Shown: one piece after another, positions 33,901 to 43,960 of the stretch | How positions within the stretch are numbered: position 1 is the stretch's first letter | How the letters are laid out: the number at the start of each line of letters is the position of its first letter | Source of the DNA: a virus | Virus record (IMG/VR): IMGVR_UViG_3300045988_173917 | Span: 1 to 56,938 of that record | DNA: 56,938 nt | Direction: 5' to 3' (one strand) | Notes under the pieces: model-generated | Told to the model about the DNA's origin: nothing | Database searches by the model: none | What the model saw: the letters and a program-made list of their open reading frames with translations, nothing else | Program-made: the position numbers and the translations under genes

Positions 33901-36183
33901 ATAACCAGTATTCTTCCATCCCTTGTTACTATTGTCAAGAAGGTTGGTTTCTCCTACTTGTAGGTTGTCCAGGTTACTCTGCACGTCTCCGATGGACTCT
34001 TCCACCGTTTTGCCGGACATCAGTCTGAACACCCCTTTCATGTAAACGTTCTGACAATACAATCCGAATCCTGTCAACTGCCCGAAATCTTCATCCACTA
34101 TGCCATTCAAATTACCCGTCCGCATCGGTTCTTTCCCTTCAAAAGAATAGGAGTTTATCCCAGCATAGAAAGCAATGTAAGGCGAATTGTTGTCATGCGC
34201 CGAAATCATTATCGCGGATTGGCGGTTTATGTCTGTCCGGTTTCCTAATAATACTATTTCTTCATCAGCCTCCGGGATACCGCTATTCGCCTCACAATCC
34301 GTTTTTGACAAGACAAAGTAATCCGCGCCTACCTCCGTGACAAGACGCCAATATCTCTTCATTTTCTGCCCGTCAAAAACTTGATGAAAAGCTTGGTCGC
34401 CCACTACGAAAGGATTTATTATCGTCCCGCTGTCAGTATTGAAAAAGCACTTGTACCCATTCTCTGTCTCCTCTACACTTCCCGTCTTTATAGCTGCCGG
34501 AGAGACACAGAACTTCCCGCCGATTGCCTTTACCTGCTGTATCAGAAACTCAAACACGCTGAACTGACCCCTTACCGTCAGATTCTGAAACTCAGCATTC
34601 CCGTCTTTTATTCTGTGTCCGCTACCAAGCGCTCCGGAGGTGAAATTCTTGGATGAGAAATTGTCGGATTGGACTAATTCAGCCGCTTTCACAGAATTAA
34701 ATTCAACGTCCGCGTCTTTATGTAACTTTTGATTGAACCACTTCGGATACCACGCATTGATAAGGTTATAGAAGAGCCTTTTTATATCATCTATATTGAT
34801 AAGCTGCTTTAAGGTGAATTGTATCTGCTCTATTGTATTATTTACCTTAGTGTCGTAGGTATAAAGCATCTGGTCGCCCAATTCAACCCTTATATCATCG
34901 CTTGTTTCAGTAGTACCGATAATTCTTGTCGTGATATTCCGCCTGCCTATTTTTACGGTAATTCCATCACCGATATTCAGTGATATTCCTTTCTTCTTGA
35001 TATAGTGTTTTTGAACTGATAGAGACGGGGCGTATTGCGGTTCACACTTTTTGTTCAGCTCATTTTGTGTTGCCTCCCTCAATTCCTGTGTTGCTTCATC
35101 TATGTAAGATTGCGGCATATTGATGTTAAGGAGGACAAACACGTCTCCGACACGTGGCTGTCTGTTTGCATTCGGAAGATAATACCCGTCTTCTTCCTCT
35201 TTTACGATAATTGAAAGCGTCTTGTCGGTATTGTTCCAGCTGTTTTCCACTATCTCAAAGTTCAACCCGGTCAAATCCCCCGTCTGAAACTTGACTACCG
35301 GGATTTCATTCTCCGCATAGTATTCAGACAGATTGAAAGGAATATCAAGTTTTATCTTCCAACTTCCGGCTTCCTCTATGTTTTCCGGAACGGTCACGCC
35401 TAACACCGTCTTATTAATCAAGCGAGGGTAGATGTTTTCATTCACATACACCCCGGTAATCTTTCCGTACTTTTCTACGTTCTTTTCAATGACTTCATCA
35501 CCCAAATTCAACCTTTTGGGGCTGTCCGGAGAATCATAGTCGGCCGGAAGATTCAGAGTGCCGCCTTTCCCTATCATTCGAGTGGTTACGGAAGCATTAG
35601 CGACCTTTGCGAGTTTCACGGAGTAGCTTCCTTTGTTTTTCCCATATTCAAACACATAGTCGGTTTCTTCTCCGATTCTCCTCTTGACGGTTATCACGGT
35701 TCCCGTAATGTCCCACTCCATTTCGGCATTCTCGCATACCGTTTGGAGTGCTGCCATGCAATTACTATTGTCAAAGCTCAAATCAAGGATACTTCCGTTC
35801 TGAATGGTTCCAAGGGTAAATTCCGGATAGTCCTCGTTCAAGGAATCAATCAGCAATGTCATGAAGTCGCTGACCTCTCCATGGTAGGCAAATGTTGTCG
35901 CTCCTTCGTCCGTTATGATTGAATTGTTCAGCTTATATCCTTGAAAATAGAACGTAAGCGGATAGGTAAACACTCCGTTACTTTCCTCTATATCAATAGG
36001 CCCGAAAATCTCGTACTTTTCATTCCCGACTAAAACATAGTCGCCTATCTTTAAGTCAAGATCATTCTTTGACGAAATAGTGAACGAAACATATTTATTT
36101 CCGCTTAATGACTTCGAGATGGTATCATCAACGACAAATTCGTAAATAACGGTATTATCTCTATATATGCTATATCCTTTCAT
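30955..36183 (-). CDS. Tail tip/Tal-like protein fused to a long fibre/receptor-binding region (1742 aa)
   Basis: Called from position (TMP, Dit, then this gene) and size. No TR-like sequence occurs inside it. Confidence 0.75.
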   Translation of the reverse strand: MKGYSIYRDNTVIYEFVVDDTISKSLSGNKYVSFTISSKNDLDLKIGDYVLVGNEKYEIFGPIDIEESNGVFTYPLTFYFQGYKLNNSIITDEGATTFAYHGEVSDFMTLLIDSLNEDYPEFTLGTIQNGSILDLSFDNSNCMAALQTVCENAEMEWDITGTVITVKRRIGEETDYVFEYGKNKGSYSVKLAKVANASVTTRMIGKGGTLNLPADYDSPDSPKRLNLGDEVIEKNVEKYGKITGVYVNENIYPRLINKTVLGVTVPENIEEAGSWKIKLDIPFNLSEYYAENEIPVVKFQTGDLTGLNFEIVENSWNNTDKTLSIIVKEEEDGYYLPNANRQPRVGDVFVLLNINMPQSYIDEATQELREATQNELNKKCEPQYAPSLSVQKHYIKKKGISLNIGDGITVKIGRRNITTRIIGTTETSDDIRVELGDQMLYTYDTKVNNTIEQIQFTLKQLINIDDIKRLFYNLINAWYPKWFNQKLHKDADVEFNSVKAAELVQSDNFSSKNFTSGALGSGHRIKDGNAEFQNLTVRGQFSVFEFLIQQVKAIGGKFCVSPAAIKTGSVEETENGYKCFFNTDSGTIINPFVVGDQAFHQVFDGQKMKRYWRLVTEVGADYFVLSKTDCEANSGIPEADEEIVLLGNRTDINRQSAIMISAHDNNSPYIAFYAGINSYSFEGKEPMRTGNLNGIVDEDFGQLTGFGLYCQNVYMKGVFRLMSGKTVEESIGDVQSNLDNLQVGETNLLDNSNKGWKNTGYPIATIYLGDYKPKQGEECTIVIKGKLGANKTNWAVYNSGGNVVLASFYPGGPDTDYIALKTFKWTLTPAIDNTFIRIYPMPNSVSVESEIEWVKLVLGNKTSLLWTPSINDQKQIAIDEAGKVVDGIQIGSQNLISKKMMLKWNEKNKNIAVWGQDEDGVYLIWDLALMTSSGIATGTYNGQYVDIFENKIKYKTNTQYVISIESKSVARSGDIFFYYTDGSRSIHGLSISFGRIDLVSTLGKTVEKICFYIGSFNNPKIYNISLIEGNKPLQGFPVAAEDQIGANNVNLADGTKGPFTVEGETNDYAYKALYMPVIKPNTVYYVNAQNIEFLSGNISKCDFILFDKSIKSYLTTTYHHLYDKNGGIIITRSDFEAQEGYLLCYAGEAAHTEGNSVRFTEVMLVEGFLPASVWTPSFSEQQAEIKTITKTLTEIKAENGEISLRVNEVSERVEEAKQEAIDEAKEYTTIQTYRETDIDLRAEKWDQDTYYPVTIKLSNSETRIEVVSPLNSDFGIPKWSTHELGFSMNCVWRSNGSGWGANVINRIIEIFECKFTKEIPDTTPVQYILPAGSIGQLASSSEELIYLRGGGRYIFKIGNNCVAVVHDSRYTALDGSSVAPSASVIRPVLTNATKEELNAEINITKGLIENKVSLDVYNANDQLIKSDISNLQVSYNQISSTVSKIINGTQEISGVVTQSNFVTIFSSNKNALGQEVIESINVGGGGVTIDASRINLNGAISANGNVQITTDGKLIAVNGEFTGKITATSGIIGGFKIGSNMIGVADSNMSYNGLSLYNNFMKFRSGRYLAAIGASIPAPTTALRGCARFENNEIKSNTDVTDNIGIYVKATGCPEVYSDVGKNIALDIENGHIRMINDSIINGFGLNVRVVSSSTTLTNKDDIIITTASSDITITLPSNRPAAKKGKMYWIRKCGTGNITLRGTIRVEADTTTNSDVIKKGAMQVLIWSGSYWTSNFIGGNY

Positions 36184-36979
36184 TCGATATTACGATTAAT
36201 TTGCAACTGAAATCAGCGTATACTTTCCCGATAGAAAAAACGTTTTGTACAGAAAATCCATTCGTGCAAAAACATTTAATCTCTCTTTCTCTGTAATTGA
36301 TAGTTCTTATTCCGGCTTTCCCAAATAGGGCATATAATGATTTGATTCTCTCCTTGAATTGCTCTGTATTTTCAGCTATTATCATACCGGAAACGGTTAT
36401 CTCCGTCTTCTCTTGCCCTCCTTTTGAATAAAGTGAATAAGACGGATTTTGGGTTGTGCTCAACGATTTTGGCGCACCGATTCCCTGATAGTTTGATATT
36501 TCTTTCAGATATAATCCGAAAGAAGTCCATTTGTATCCGTCAATCTCCCCGTTTTCGGTGGGAGAGGGGAGTGTCCCAGATAAATTAACAAGAGGTTCTA
36601 TGAATTTAATCGTTATTTTGCAAGCCGATTTTGTAAAGGTTTCGATGGTCGTACTTTTGCATTTTACACTCCAGCTTCCCCATTTGCATGACAACGTAAA
36701 TAACTCCGGCAACTCGTTCATGAAATCATTTATTAAAGGAAGAGAAGAGTCAGAATCAGACACGATATTTCCTGTTATTGAAATATCCCGGCTGTCAAAA
36801 TCCATATCTTCACTCTCCACATAAGGCTCCACGCTGTTGTCTGTAACCCAATCGTAGTAAGTAGTCCCTTTTCTTTTCGGAAGATTGAAGCATCCAGAAA
36901 TGGCAATATTGCCATTTGATTTTGTTGGAATTATCCCGAATTGGGAAATAGGAGTATTATTAATATAATATTCTGCCAT
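36170..36979 (-). CDS. Distal tail protein (Dit)
   Basis: 269 aa, directly after the tape measure gene and overlapping the Tal gene. Confidence 0.65.
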   Translation of the reverse strand: MAEYYINNTPISQFGIIPTKSNGNIAISGCFNLPKRKGTTYYDWVTDNSVEPYVESEDMDFDSRDISITGNIVSDSDSSLPLINDFMNELPELFTLSCKWGSWSVKCKSTTIETFTKSACKITIKFIEPLVNLSGTLPSPTENGEIDGYKWTSFGLYLKEISNYQGIGAPKSLSTTQNPSYSLYSKGGQEKTEITVSGMIIAENTEQFKERIKSLYALFGKAGIRTINYREREIKCFCTNGFSVQNVFSIGKVYADFSCKLIVISNERI

Positions 36980-37062
36980 GCCGTCCGGTGTTGGGTGGTA
37001 TGTGTCATCACATACTGATGCAAATATAATTATTATTTAGAATTATTCAAAATAAAAATCCG

Positions 37063-40000
37063 TCATCTTGCGTATCTTTTACTTGATTCACTTTCAATTG
37101 TTCGTAGTCTTCCGTCCATGTTTTTCAATGTGTTGTGCATATCAGACAAGACGGAAGTATTATTCGCCGTTTCTCCGGTATTCCTCGCTATCGTGTTCAG
37201 TATGGAGTTGCATGTGGCCATTGTAGACTTGTATGTTTCATGAAATATCGTTGTCTGCTGGCTGATAGCCTTTAATGTATCGTAGGAACCTCTCCATATT
37301 CCCATTGATTCATTTGCAGTTTTCTCCGTAATTGTTTCGGATATGGTGCCGGTTTGGCGTTTTAATTCTTCCGGAGAACTTTCCCAATTAAAAGTTTTAG
37401 CCAAATTATCCCGGTCTTTAATCATATCTTGGATTATATCTTGATAATCATCCCTCAATTTTTCTGCCTCTTTTGCAGTAATCTTATTTTCGCTTTCTGC
37501 TGCTTCTGTCCAACTTTTATACAGATTTTCTATTCTTCCCTTGTACTGACTTGCGATTAGACCGGCTATAATCGATTTTCGCAAATATCCTTCAAAGTCA
37601 TCACACATATCTTCAAAGGAAGCATCCATATCCGAAAGTGAATCAATAAATCCATTATAAAAACTATCGAAGGATATGCCAGTTAGTGCTTCTTGCAATG
37701 TATTCGCAAGTTCCTTGGCTTCATCGTTGCAGTCAATGATTGCATCTAAATTTTCAGTTATTTCAGAAGGTATTTTACTCCACGCTTCGGGGAAATCTCT
37801 TCGTATAATCTCTAACTGTTCCCCAGATAATTCATACATTTGTTGTACACTGGAAATATTTTGTCCTATAGACTTTGAAATATCATTCCATGATTTCTTA
37901 AGCCTTTCGTTGGCCCGGTAAGCATAACTATGTGAGCCTGCACTTGATCCTGCTTTACCTCCTACTTCCGCTAATCTTCTATAATTTTCTATTTGCTTTT
38001 CTAGCGCTTCGTTAGCTTCTTTCGCTGCCTCTACCGATGCAAATCCACCTCCAAATACAATTTTTTCCTTTGATTTATCAATGATTTTTTTGTATAGATC
38101 ATTTATAGCCTCTAGTTGTTCTCTTAACGCCTTATATTGTGCTACTCCGTTATCTGATCCTAACCCGAATATACTGCCAATCGTTTTTGTAACGCCTGCT
38201 AATGTATGAATTACACCAGTTACAGCACTCATTGGCTTGGTTATATCAATTTCTGCTAATCCATCCACTACCTGTCCCAATCCGCTTAATGCTCCAGAAA
38301 TAGATTCAGGGATTTCAATGCCTAAATTAGTAAGCATATTTACAAGATCATTCCCGGCAGAAATTACTTGCTGACCCTGTTGTCCTATTGCATTAACGGA
38401 TTGTGTTATTTTACTAAGGGATTCAGCTCTTTTCTTCTCAGCAGCGGAAAGATTTTTTACAGCTCTTTCTTTTGCCTCTGGATTGTCAGCTTTATCCATC
38501 TCTTTTTTTGCCTTTGTAACCTCCTCTACTGCTTTTCTGTAATCTCTATATCCGCTTACTAATTCTTCAAGGGGCTCTCTGTTTGTAATAGTTGCGTCAA
38601 GGTTTTCAAAGGCATCAACAACAGTTTTAAAATCTTCTTTACTAATAGAATCATCTACCGTAGAAAGGTATTCCTTTATTTTGTCCCGGAGTTTTTTTAA
38701 AGCATCAGTAGATAATTTGTCAAGATTACCGAATACAGATGACCAGTCGATTTCTTTTTGAAATTGTTCAAGGTCAAGTCCGGATAATTCGGTTTTCTTT
38801 TTTTCTTTTGCTACCCGGATGGATTCTTCAAGCCTGTTTCTTTCGCTTTCTTCTGTTGTTTTTGCAAGTTCTTCTTGTAGCTTTTCAATATCTTTATTAT
38901 ATTTTCTTTCTATATCAAGGCGTTGTTGCTGGTATGACTGATATTGTTTTAAAAGTTCGTTTAATTCATCGGTCTGTTTTTTGTACACATCAGATTCGTC
39001 TTGTTCTCTTTTTCGCTTTACAGTAGAATAAGACGTAGAAATTTGCACTGTTTGCTCAGTCGTGAGTGTTCCGCCTTGTTTTGCCGCCCAATCGTCAGCA
39101 AGTTTTTTAATTTCAGCAATCTTTTCCTGATAGTCTAACCGGATTTGTGCAAGTTCTTTTTCTGTACCTTCCTGCATAAGGTCGATTTGGGCTTGCTGGT
39201 TTTGCTTACGGAGAAAGAGAAGTTCTTCATCAATTTGCTTGATTGTTTTGATTCTTTCTTCCTCTGCTTTTTGGGTAGCTTTAGAAGCTCTGGTTATAGT
39301 TTCTTTTTCTTTTGTAAGCTGGTCTATCTGTTTTTGATAGTCATTGAATTGTTTATTTGTTGTTGATGTTTCCTGAGCTTCTTTGAGGGTTTTTATTTGT
39401 TCTTCATACCATTTTACGGTTTTTTCTACAGATTTTGCATGTGCTTCCGCTTCTTCTTTTGCCCGGCGTTCGGCGTCTTCCTGGGCTTTTATATCAGAAT
39501 TTACTTTATTCAATATAGAATGCTGTCCGGCCAACTTGTCTTGTAATTCTTGAAGTTGCTTATTGGCTCTGATTAATCTTTCACCACGCCCCTGTACGGC
39601 ATTTTTATTTAGAAAGTCAATTTGCTGCTTAATTGAATTAATACTTTTTTCTGTTTCTTTTATACTTTCTTCAGATTGTGCTTTTGATCGTTCTCTGGTC
39701 GCTTTTGCAAGTTGATTATTTAATTCTGTCAGATTTATCACCTTTAAAGCCTCCAAATTCATGTTATCAAAATAACCTGGATACATTTTTCTTAAACTAT
39801 CTAATGCAAGTTGTCGCGCAGCAATGGATTGGTTCTCGTCCCTTGTAATAGTTATAAATGTAGCTGTATCATCTGCATTTTTTTTACTTTCTTCATTGAA
39901 TTTCTTTAGAGCATCAGTTGCAGCATCTGTTTTCTTTGTGAACTGATATAAGGCTGTACCAACACCAATTAGGACTGTAGCCAATAAAACGTAAGGATTT

Positions 40001-40998
40001 GCCTTTGTAGCAAGATTGAAAGCAATCTGGGCATCTTTTGCCGTCCGGATCGCTTTAGCAAGGGAAATCCATGCAGAGATATTTTGAATCGTAACGGATA
40101 CACGTTGCGCAGCAGCTACGGCTATCAATGAGGCTTTGTATGTTCCGTAGGTAGCAACAAGTACCTTTAATATACTTAATACTTTTTCGTAATTTTCAAC
40201 AAGATATGAAGCTCCAGAAATTGCATCGGAAATAATACCTTCATTCGCCTGTCCGATTTCGTTAAACATCATATCTATCGCATCACCAAGATTTGATATT
40301 TGACCTATGATTGTTTTTGATTGACCCTCCATCAAGGCATAGAATTTACCCCCCTCGTTTGTCATTCCCTCAAATACTTTTTTAATGTCATCAAACCCAA
40401 TTTTTCCGGCCGTCACCATGTCATTTATTTCGCTTGTAGTCTTTCCATACATCTTGGAAAGCTCTTGAAGGACAGGTATACCAGACGACTGGAATTGTAA
40501 CATATCTTTTGCATACAATCGACCTTGTACAGCCGTTGTTCCATATAGGAATGTTAAACGTTCAAGCGGCAATCCAAGACCGGCAGCTACATTTCCTAAT
40601 CTTATAAGAGTATCGTTTATTTCATCAGCAGCAAATCCGTATGCAAGCAACTGCCTTGCACCGTCTGCTACTCTTTTTAAATCAAAAGGTGTTGTAGCGG
40701 CTGTTTCGACTAATTGATTCATAAGGTTTAGGGCGGGTTCTTCTGCTCCTAAAAGAGTTTTAAATGCAACTTCCAATTGCTGAAACTCGCCACGCGTCAT
40801 AGCTATTCTTTTTACTATGTCCATTCCAAGATATGCCGTAGCAGCTTGTTTCATTCGCATCCATGCCGTGCTGATAACATTTCCGGATTCATCGGTTATC
40901 ACACCCATCTTTGTTACTTCTTTCCGGTATTCTTCCGCCTTGCGCCTCATGTCGTTCAAATCAACATTGACACGTATATTCATTTGTCCGTCTGCCAT
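37063..40998 (-). CDS. Tail tape measure protein
   Basis: 1311 aa. Long coiled-coil and TM-like segments. It lies downstream of the frameshifted chaperone pair. Confidence 0.9.
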   Translation of the reverse strand: MADGQMNIRVNVDLNDMRRKAEEYRKEVTKMGVITDESGNVISTAWMRMKQAATAYLGMDIVKRIAMTRGEFQQLEVAFKTLLGAEEPALNLMNQLVETAATTPFDLKRVADGARQLLAYGFAADEINDTLIRLGNVAAGLGLPLERLTFLYGTTAVQGRLYAKDMLQFQSSGIPVLQELSKMYGKTTSEINDMVTAGKIGFDDIKKVFEGMTNEGGKFYALMEGQSKTIIGQISNLGDAIDMMFNEIGQANEGIISDAISGASYLVENYEKVLSILKVLVATYGTYKASLIAVAAAQRVSVTIQNISAWISLAKAIRTAKDAQIAFNLATKANPYVLLATVLIGVGTALYQFTKKTDAATDALKKFNEESKKNADDTATFITITRDENQSIAARQLALDSLRKMYPGYFDNMNLEALKVINLTELNNQLAKATRERSKAQSEESIKETEKSINSIKQQIDFLNKNAVQGRGERLIRANKQLQELQDKLAGQHSILNKVNSDIKAQEDAERRAKEEAEAHAKSVEKTVKWYEEQIKTLKEAQETSTTNKQFNDYQKQIDQLTKEKETITRASKATQKAEEERIKTIKQIDEELLFLRKQNQQAQIDLMQEGTEKELAQIRLDYQEKIAEIKKLADDWAAKQGGTLTTEQTVQISTSYSTVKRKREQDESDVYKKQTDELNELLKQYQSYQQQRLDIERKYNKDIEKLQEELAKTTEESERNRLEESIRVAKEKKKTELSGLDLEQFQKEIDWSSVFGNLDKLSTDALKKLRDKIKEYLSTVDDSISKEDFKTVVDAFENLDATITNREPLEELVSGYRDYRKAVEEVTKAKKEMDKADNPEAKERAVKNLSAAEKKRAESLSKITQSVNAIGQQGQQVISAGNDLVNMLTNLGIEIPESISGALSGLGQVVDGLAEIDITKPMSAVTGVIHTLAGVTKTIGSIFGLGSDNGVAQYKALREQLEAINDLYKKIIDKSKEKIVFGGGFASVEAAKEANEALEKQIENYRRLAEVGGKAGSSAGSHSYAYRANERLKKSWNDISKSIGQNISSVQQMYELSGEQLEIIRRDFPEAWSKIPSEITENLDAIIDCNDEAKELANTLQEALTGISFDSFYNGFIDSLSDMDASFEDMCDDFEGYLRKSIIAGLIASQYKGRIENLYKSWTEAAESENKITAKEAEKLRDDYQDIIQDMIKDRDNLAKTFNWESSPEELKRQTGTISETITEKTANESMGIWRGSYDTLKAISQQTTIFHETYKSTMATCNSILNTIARNTGETANNTSVLSDMHNTLKNMDGRLRTIESESSKRYAR

Positions 40999-41001
40999 AA
41001 T

Positions 41002-41582
41002 TTAAAATATTTGACTTGCGTGTACTTGTTTCGGTTTGTCTTTATCGGTGGAGTAGGAGGGTTGGCACTTTAATAACATTTGGATATTTAGCCAGCTTAT
41101 TTCATGCAACACTTCATGATAGCTTAACCCTAGGCCTTTCATGGCGCCGAATATTATTGCCCAAGGACTGTCGTTTTTGTCTTCTTCGTCAGATTCAAAC
41201 CTTGAAGGAAAATTATATTGGTCAAAAAAAAAGGAGAGTTCAGGCGTTCTACATACAACTCCTGCAATTCGGTCATTGCCTTTTCATCGAGATTGTTACG
41301 GATAAACTTCTTGTTCTCTATCCTGTCCTCTTCATTTCTATATAATACGATAAGGGCGATGTTCAATTGCACTTCGAGATCGTCAAGGTGGTCTAACATT
41401 ACCGTCAGCACGTCCTTCCCTTGGTCTTCCTCCGAAATGCCTTTTAGCTCTGCTATCTCCGCTGATATATCAATAATCTGACCGAGTGTGAGCGGTTTTA
41501 CTTTCAGTTCCTCGCCTCCAATATGTATTACCGTGTCCTTTTCATTTATTTCTTTTGCTACTTGTTGCTCTAATGTTTCCAT
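41002..41582 (-). CDS. Tail assembly chaperone -1 frameshift product (GT-like)
   Basis: Nine consecutive T on the coding strand (plus-strand A-run 41224-41232). The -1 frame is then open for 74 codons and stops at 41004-41002, 3 nt before the TMP ATG at 40998. Confidence 0.7.
41154..41582 (-). CDS. Tail assembly chaperone (G-like, frame 0 product)
   Basis: 142 aa, between the major tail gene and the TMP gene. Contains a U9 slippery run near its 3' end. Confidence 0.75.
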   Translation of the reverse strand: METLEQQVAKEINEKDTVIHIGGEELKVKPLTLGQIIDISAEIAELKGISEEDQGKDVLTVMLDHLDDLEVQLNIALIVLYRNEEDRIENKKFIRNNLDEKAMTELQELYVERLNSPFFLTNIIFLQGLNLTKKTKTTVLGQ

Positions 41583-41595
41583 GTCTATAAAATTA

Positions 41596-41617
41596 GAGGG
41601 GGATTTATTTCCCCCTC
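41596..41617 (-). terminator. Hairpin after the major tail protein gene (attenuating terminator candidate)
   Basis: GAGGGGGA-N6-TCCCCCTC. Confidence 0.5.
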
Positions 41618-41625
41618 ATTAGTAA

Positions 41626-42204
41626 TTAGGCGGAAACCACCTGTTTTCTTCTCGAACCCGGAATCTGCTTGTTGTCTTTATTGAAATTCGCCATGATGGT
41701 ACAGGTCAATTCGAGGTTAGACAACCCGGATTTTCCCACAACACCGGTTTCTTTTACAACGACTTCAACTTTTGCCCACTGCCGGATAATACCGGGATAT
41801 TTATCGGCTGGCATGGTTTCCAATTCCACAGCCTGCGGAGGTAACATGAAAGAAACCGGCTCAACTTCCCAGTCTTTGTTCGGGTCACTTTCTCCTGTCG
41901 GCTTTTGCCACCCAAGGAAATATTTAAATGCCTCTTCCGACATATCATTCGTAGACACCGTAAATGAGCGTGTGCCTTTTCGCGTCTGTATGCTCATAGC
42001 AATGTCTTCCACCTCTTCCCATTCAACATCCAATTTTTCCGGATCTTCCTGATTCATGTTGAATGAATCGGGAACAATCATTTTCATGTCGTATAACGAT
42101 GCTGATGCCTCGGAAAAGTCCGGAAAAGAACCGGCATTTTCTCCGGTTATAACTGCCGGCATAAACTTTAGGCTTTTAATGCCATATACAACTCTATCTG
42201 CCAT
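41626..42204 (-). CDS. Major tail protein
   Basis: 192 aa, immediately upstream of the chaperone pair. Confidence 0.7.
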   Translation of the reverse strand: MADRVVYGIKSLKFMPAVITGENAGSFPDFSEASASLYDMKMIVPDSFNMNQEDPEKLDVEWEEVEDIAMSIQTRKGTRSFTVSTNDMSEEAFKYFLGWQKPTGESDPNKDWEVEPVSFMLPPQAVELETMPADKYPGIIRQWAKVEVVVKETGVVGKSGLSNLELTCTIMANFNKDNKQIPGSRRKQVVSA

Positions 42205-42206
42205 AA

Positions 42207-42599
42207 TTATAGATTTAAATAAGTTACTTTTACTCTTAAATTTCTGAAATGCGTACCGTTGTCTTCCTTGTAATCCTTGCTTGACACAATGGAAAACTGG
42301 AATCCACTGTAATTCGTGTAATACTGACCTGTCGCGTCTTTATTTCTTCGGAATATCGGCCTTATCTCGTTGTAAGCACTATCAAGCCGTTTGGAGTTCT
42401 TTATGCCTTGTACATCGGGGATATGGATATTGACGTTTACGATAGAAGAATTGAACAATCTTTCTTCGCCAAATTCAAGCGGAAGGATTTCGATGTATTC
42501 TCCCCTATAATTAGGGTCGCGTGTATCTTCCTTAAAAACTCTTAAATTAGAGTTTTTCAGAAGATTATATACTTCCGTTTCCAACTCGCTCTTTTTCAT
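42207..42599 (-). CDS. Tail terminator / tail completion protein
   Basis: Called from synteny, between the gp10-like and major tail genes. Confidence 0.55.
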   Translation of the reverse strand: MKKSELETEVYNLLKNSNLRVFKEDTRDPNYRGEYIEILPLEFGEERLFNSSIVNVNIHIPDVQGIKNSKRLDSAYNEIRPIFRRNKDATGQYYTNYSGFQFSIVSSKDYKEDNGTHFRNLRVKVTYLNL

Positions 42600-43075
42600 T
42601 TCTTGAATCCTGCTTGTTTTAATATCCTGTCGATAACGTCATTTATCTGGCTTACTAAATACGATTCGGTTTCAGTCAAGACATTATATCCCTTTGCTTC
42701 GACATACTCTGCGTAATTCATTCCGGCAACGATGATAAGTGTGTATCCTGAGCCGGAAGACTTTCCAAGCTCTTCCGCGTATTTTTTCCCCTCACTTATA
42801 CCTTCTCCATTGTTTCCCTCCGGACCTGAAATAGATTCAAATCCTCCTACATCAATAATATCACCGTCTTTTGCCAGCACATAACCGATTGAACTGCGCA
42901 AATTACCTGTCCGGTCTGTGAAATTTCCGTATGATTTCGCATGAGCTACAGCCTTTCCCCCGACAACGGTTTTCAATGTGAATTTTATTGCCTCTTCCAC
43001 ACGGCCAATTGATTCATCAAGTATGCCAAGAACTTGATTAAACTCGTTTTTACTATATGATAATCCGCTTTTCAT
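42596..43075 (-). CDS. HK97 gp10-like head-tail joining protein
   Basis: TDRTGNLRSSIGY resembles the gp10-family motif; synteny also supports it. Confidence 0.6.
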   Translation of the reverse strand: MKSGLSYSKNEFNQVLGILDESIGRVEEAIKFTLKTVVGGKAVAHAKSYGNFTDRTGNLRSSIGYVLAKDGDIIDVGGFESISGPEGNNGEGISEGKKYAEELGKSSGSGYTLIIVAGMNYAEYVEAKGYNVLTETESYLVSQINDVIDRILKQAGFKK

Positions 43076-43440
43076 GTCTTTATCACGTAGTTAAATTTTG
43101 TCGATCGGCTATCGATTACTGTAGCCTCCACTCCGTTCACGGTCTTATCTTTCTTTGTCAATCTTATTGTTGCCCCTTTTTTAGGCAGCTTTCCAGCATC
43201 AAAAGATTTAGGCAAGTAGACATTGAAAGAATAGATGTAAGTCCCGCTAAGCGAATATGAGTTGTTCTCCTCAATGCGGCAATCGGACAAAAATTCAAAC
43301 CCTCCACCGCCTTCTTCTCCTCCACTGTCTCCACCTCCGAATATCGGGTCTCCGTTTCCGTCATAGTCAATCGAACCAGATGTTCCTCCTCCTGCGCTTG
43401 ACGTTGATAACTCTATTTTGTCCGGATAATTGTACATCAA
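43072..43440 (-). CDS. Head closure / head-tail adaptor protein
   Basis: Called from synteny; overlapping starts and stops with neighbours. Confidence 0.5.
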   Translation of the reverse strand: MMYNYPDKIELSTSSAGGGTSGSIDYDGNGDPIFGGGDSGGEEGGGGFEFLSDCRIEENNSYSLSGTYIYSFNVYLPKSFDAGKLPKKGATIRLTKKDKTVNGVEATVIDSRSTKFNYVIKT

Positions 43441-43745
43441 TAATACGCTGAATAGTCCTTAATCGTGTTATCTTCCTTTGTCATGTCCGGTTCTCCGAGT
43501 TCAGACGCTAACAAGGAATACCATAACAAAAAACTCTTCATGTTCCATGTTGTGGATGCTCCCCCCTCGCTCATATTCGCTACCGGAAGGATTTGTGAAA
43601 ACTCCTTGTACATCGCCATTTTGGCAATCTTAGGGTCTACATCTTCATCCGGCGTAATATTCTGATTCAGCATTATTACATCAATCTCTTCCGGAGATAT
43701 GTAGAATTTTGATAATGTTGTGGTTATGTATTCCTTGTAGGTCAT
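43437..43745 (-). CDS. Head-tail connector protein
   Basis: Called from synteny. Confidence 0.5.
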   Translation of the reverse strand: MTYKEYITTTLSKFYISPEEIDVIMLNQNITPDEDVDPKIAKMAMYKEFSQILPVANMSEGGASTTWNMKSFLLWYSLLASELGEPDMTKEDNTIKDYSAYY

Positions 43746-43756
43746 ATTACATCAAA

Positions 43757-43960
43757 TTAAATGTCCTTGGCTTTTCTTCCTCTTGCCGGAGATTCTTCCT
43801 TATCTTCGATTTCTTCCTCCTTCTCCCTTAATGGTTCAGCCAAACCAAGCTTTACAAGTTCCTTCGCCCGTTCGTTCTGGAACTTTACAACATCCCCGGC
43901 TTTGTATAACCGGGAATAGTCGTATTTGTCTCTGAAATCCGATAAAATCCTTATTTTCAT
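43757..43960 (-). CDS. Hypothetical small protein
   Basis: 67 aa, downstream of the capsid gene. Confidence 0.45.
   Translation of the reverse strand: MKIRILSDFRDKYDYSRLYKAGDVVKFQNERAKELVKLGLAEPLREKEEEIEDKEESPARGRKAKDI

Noticed and set aside
30955-36183. Tail fibre as the DGR target
   Set aside because: I found no copy of the TR core (TCCTCCGGTTTTCG...) or an AAY-derived variable tract in this gene or elsewhere outside 8239-8311, 8732-8804 and 9235-9307.
37676-41073. Multiple plus-strand ORFs inside the tape measure gene; the same applies to antisense ORFs inside the fibre, capsid, portal and head-morphogenesis genes
   Set aside because: They are antisense shadows of long, well-supported minus-strand genes. 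The peptides are hydrophobic and low-complexity, as expected from AT-rich antisense frames.
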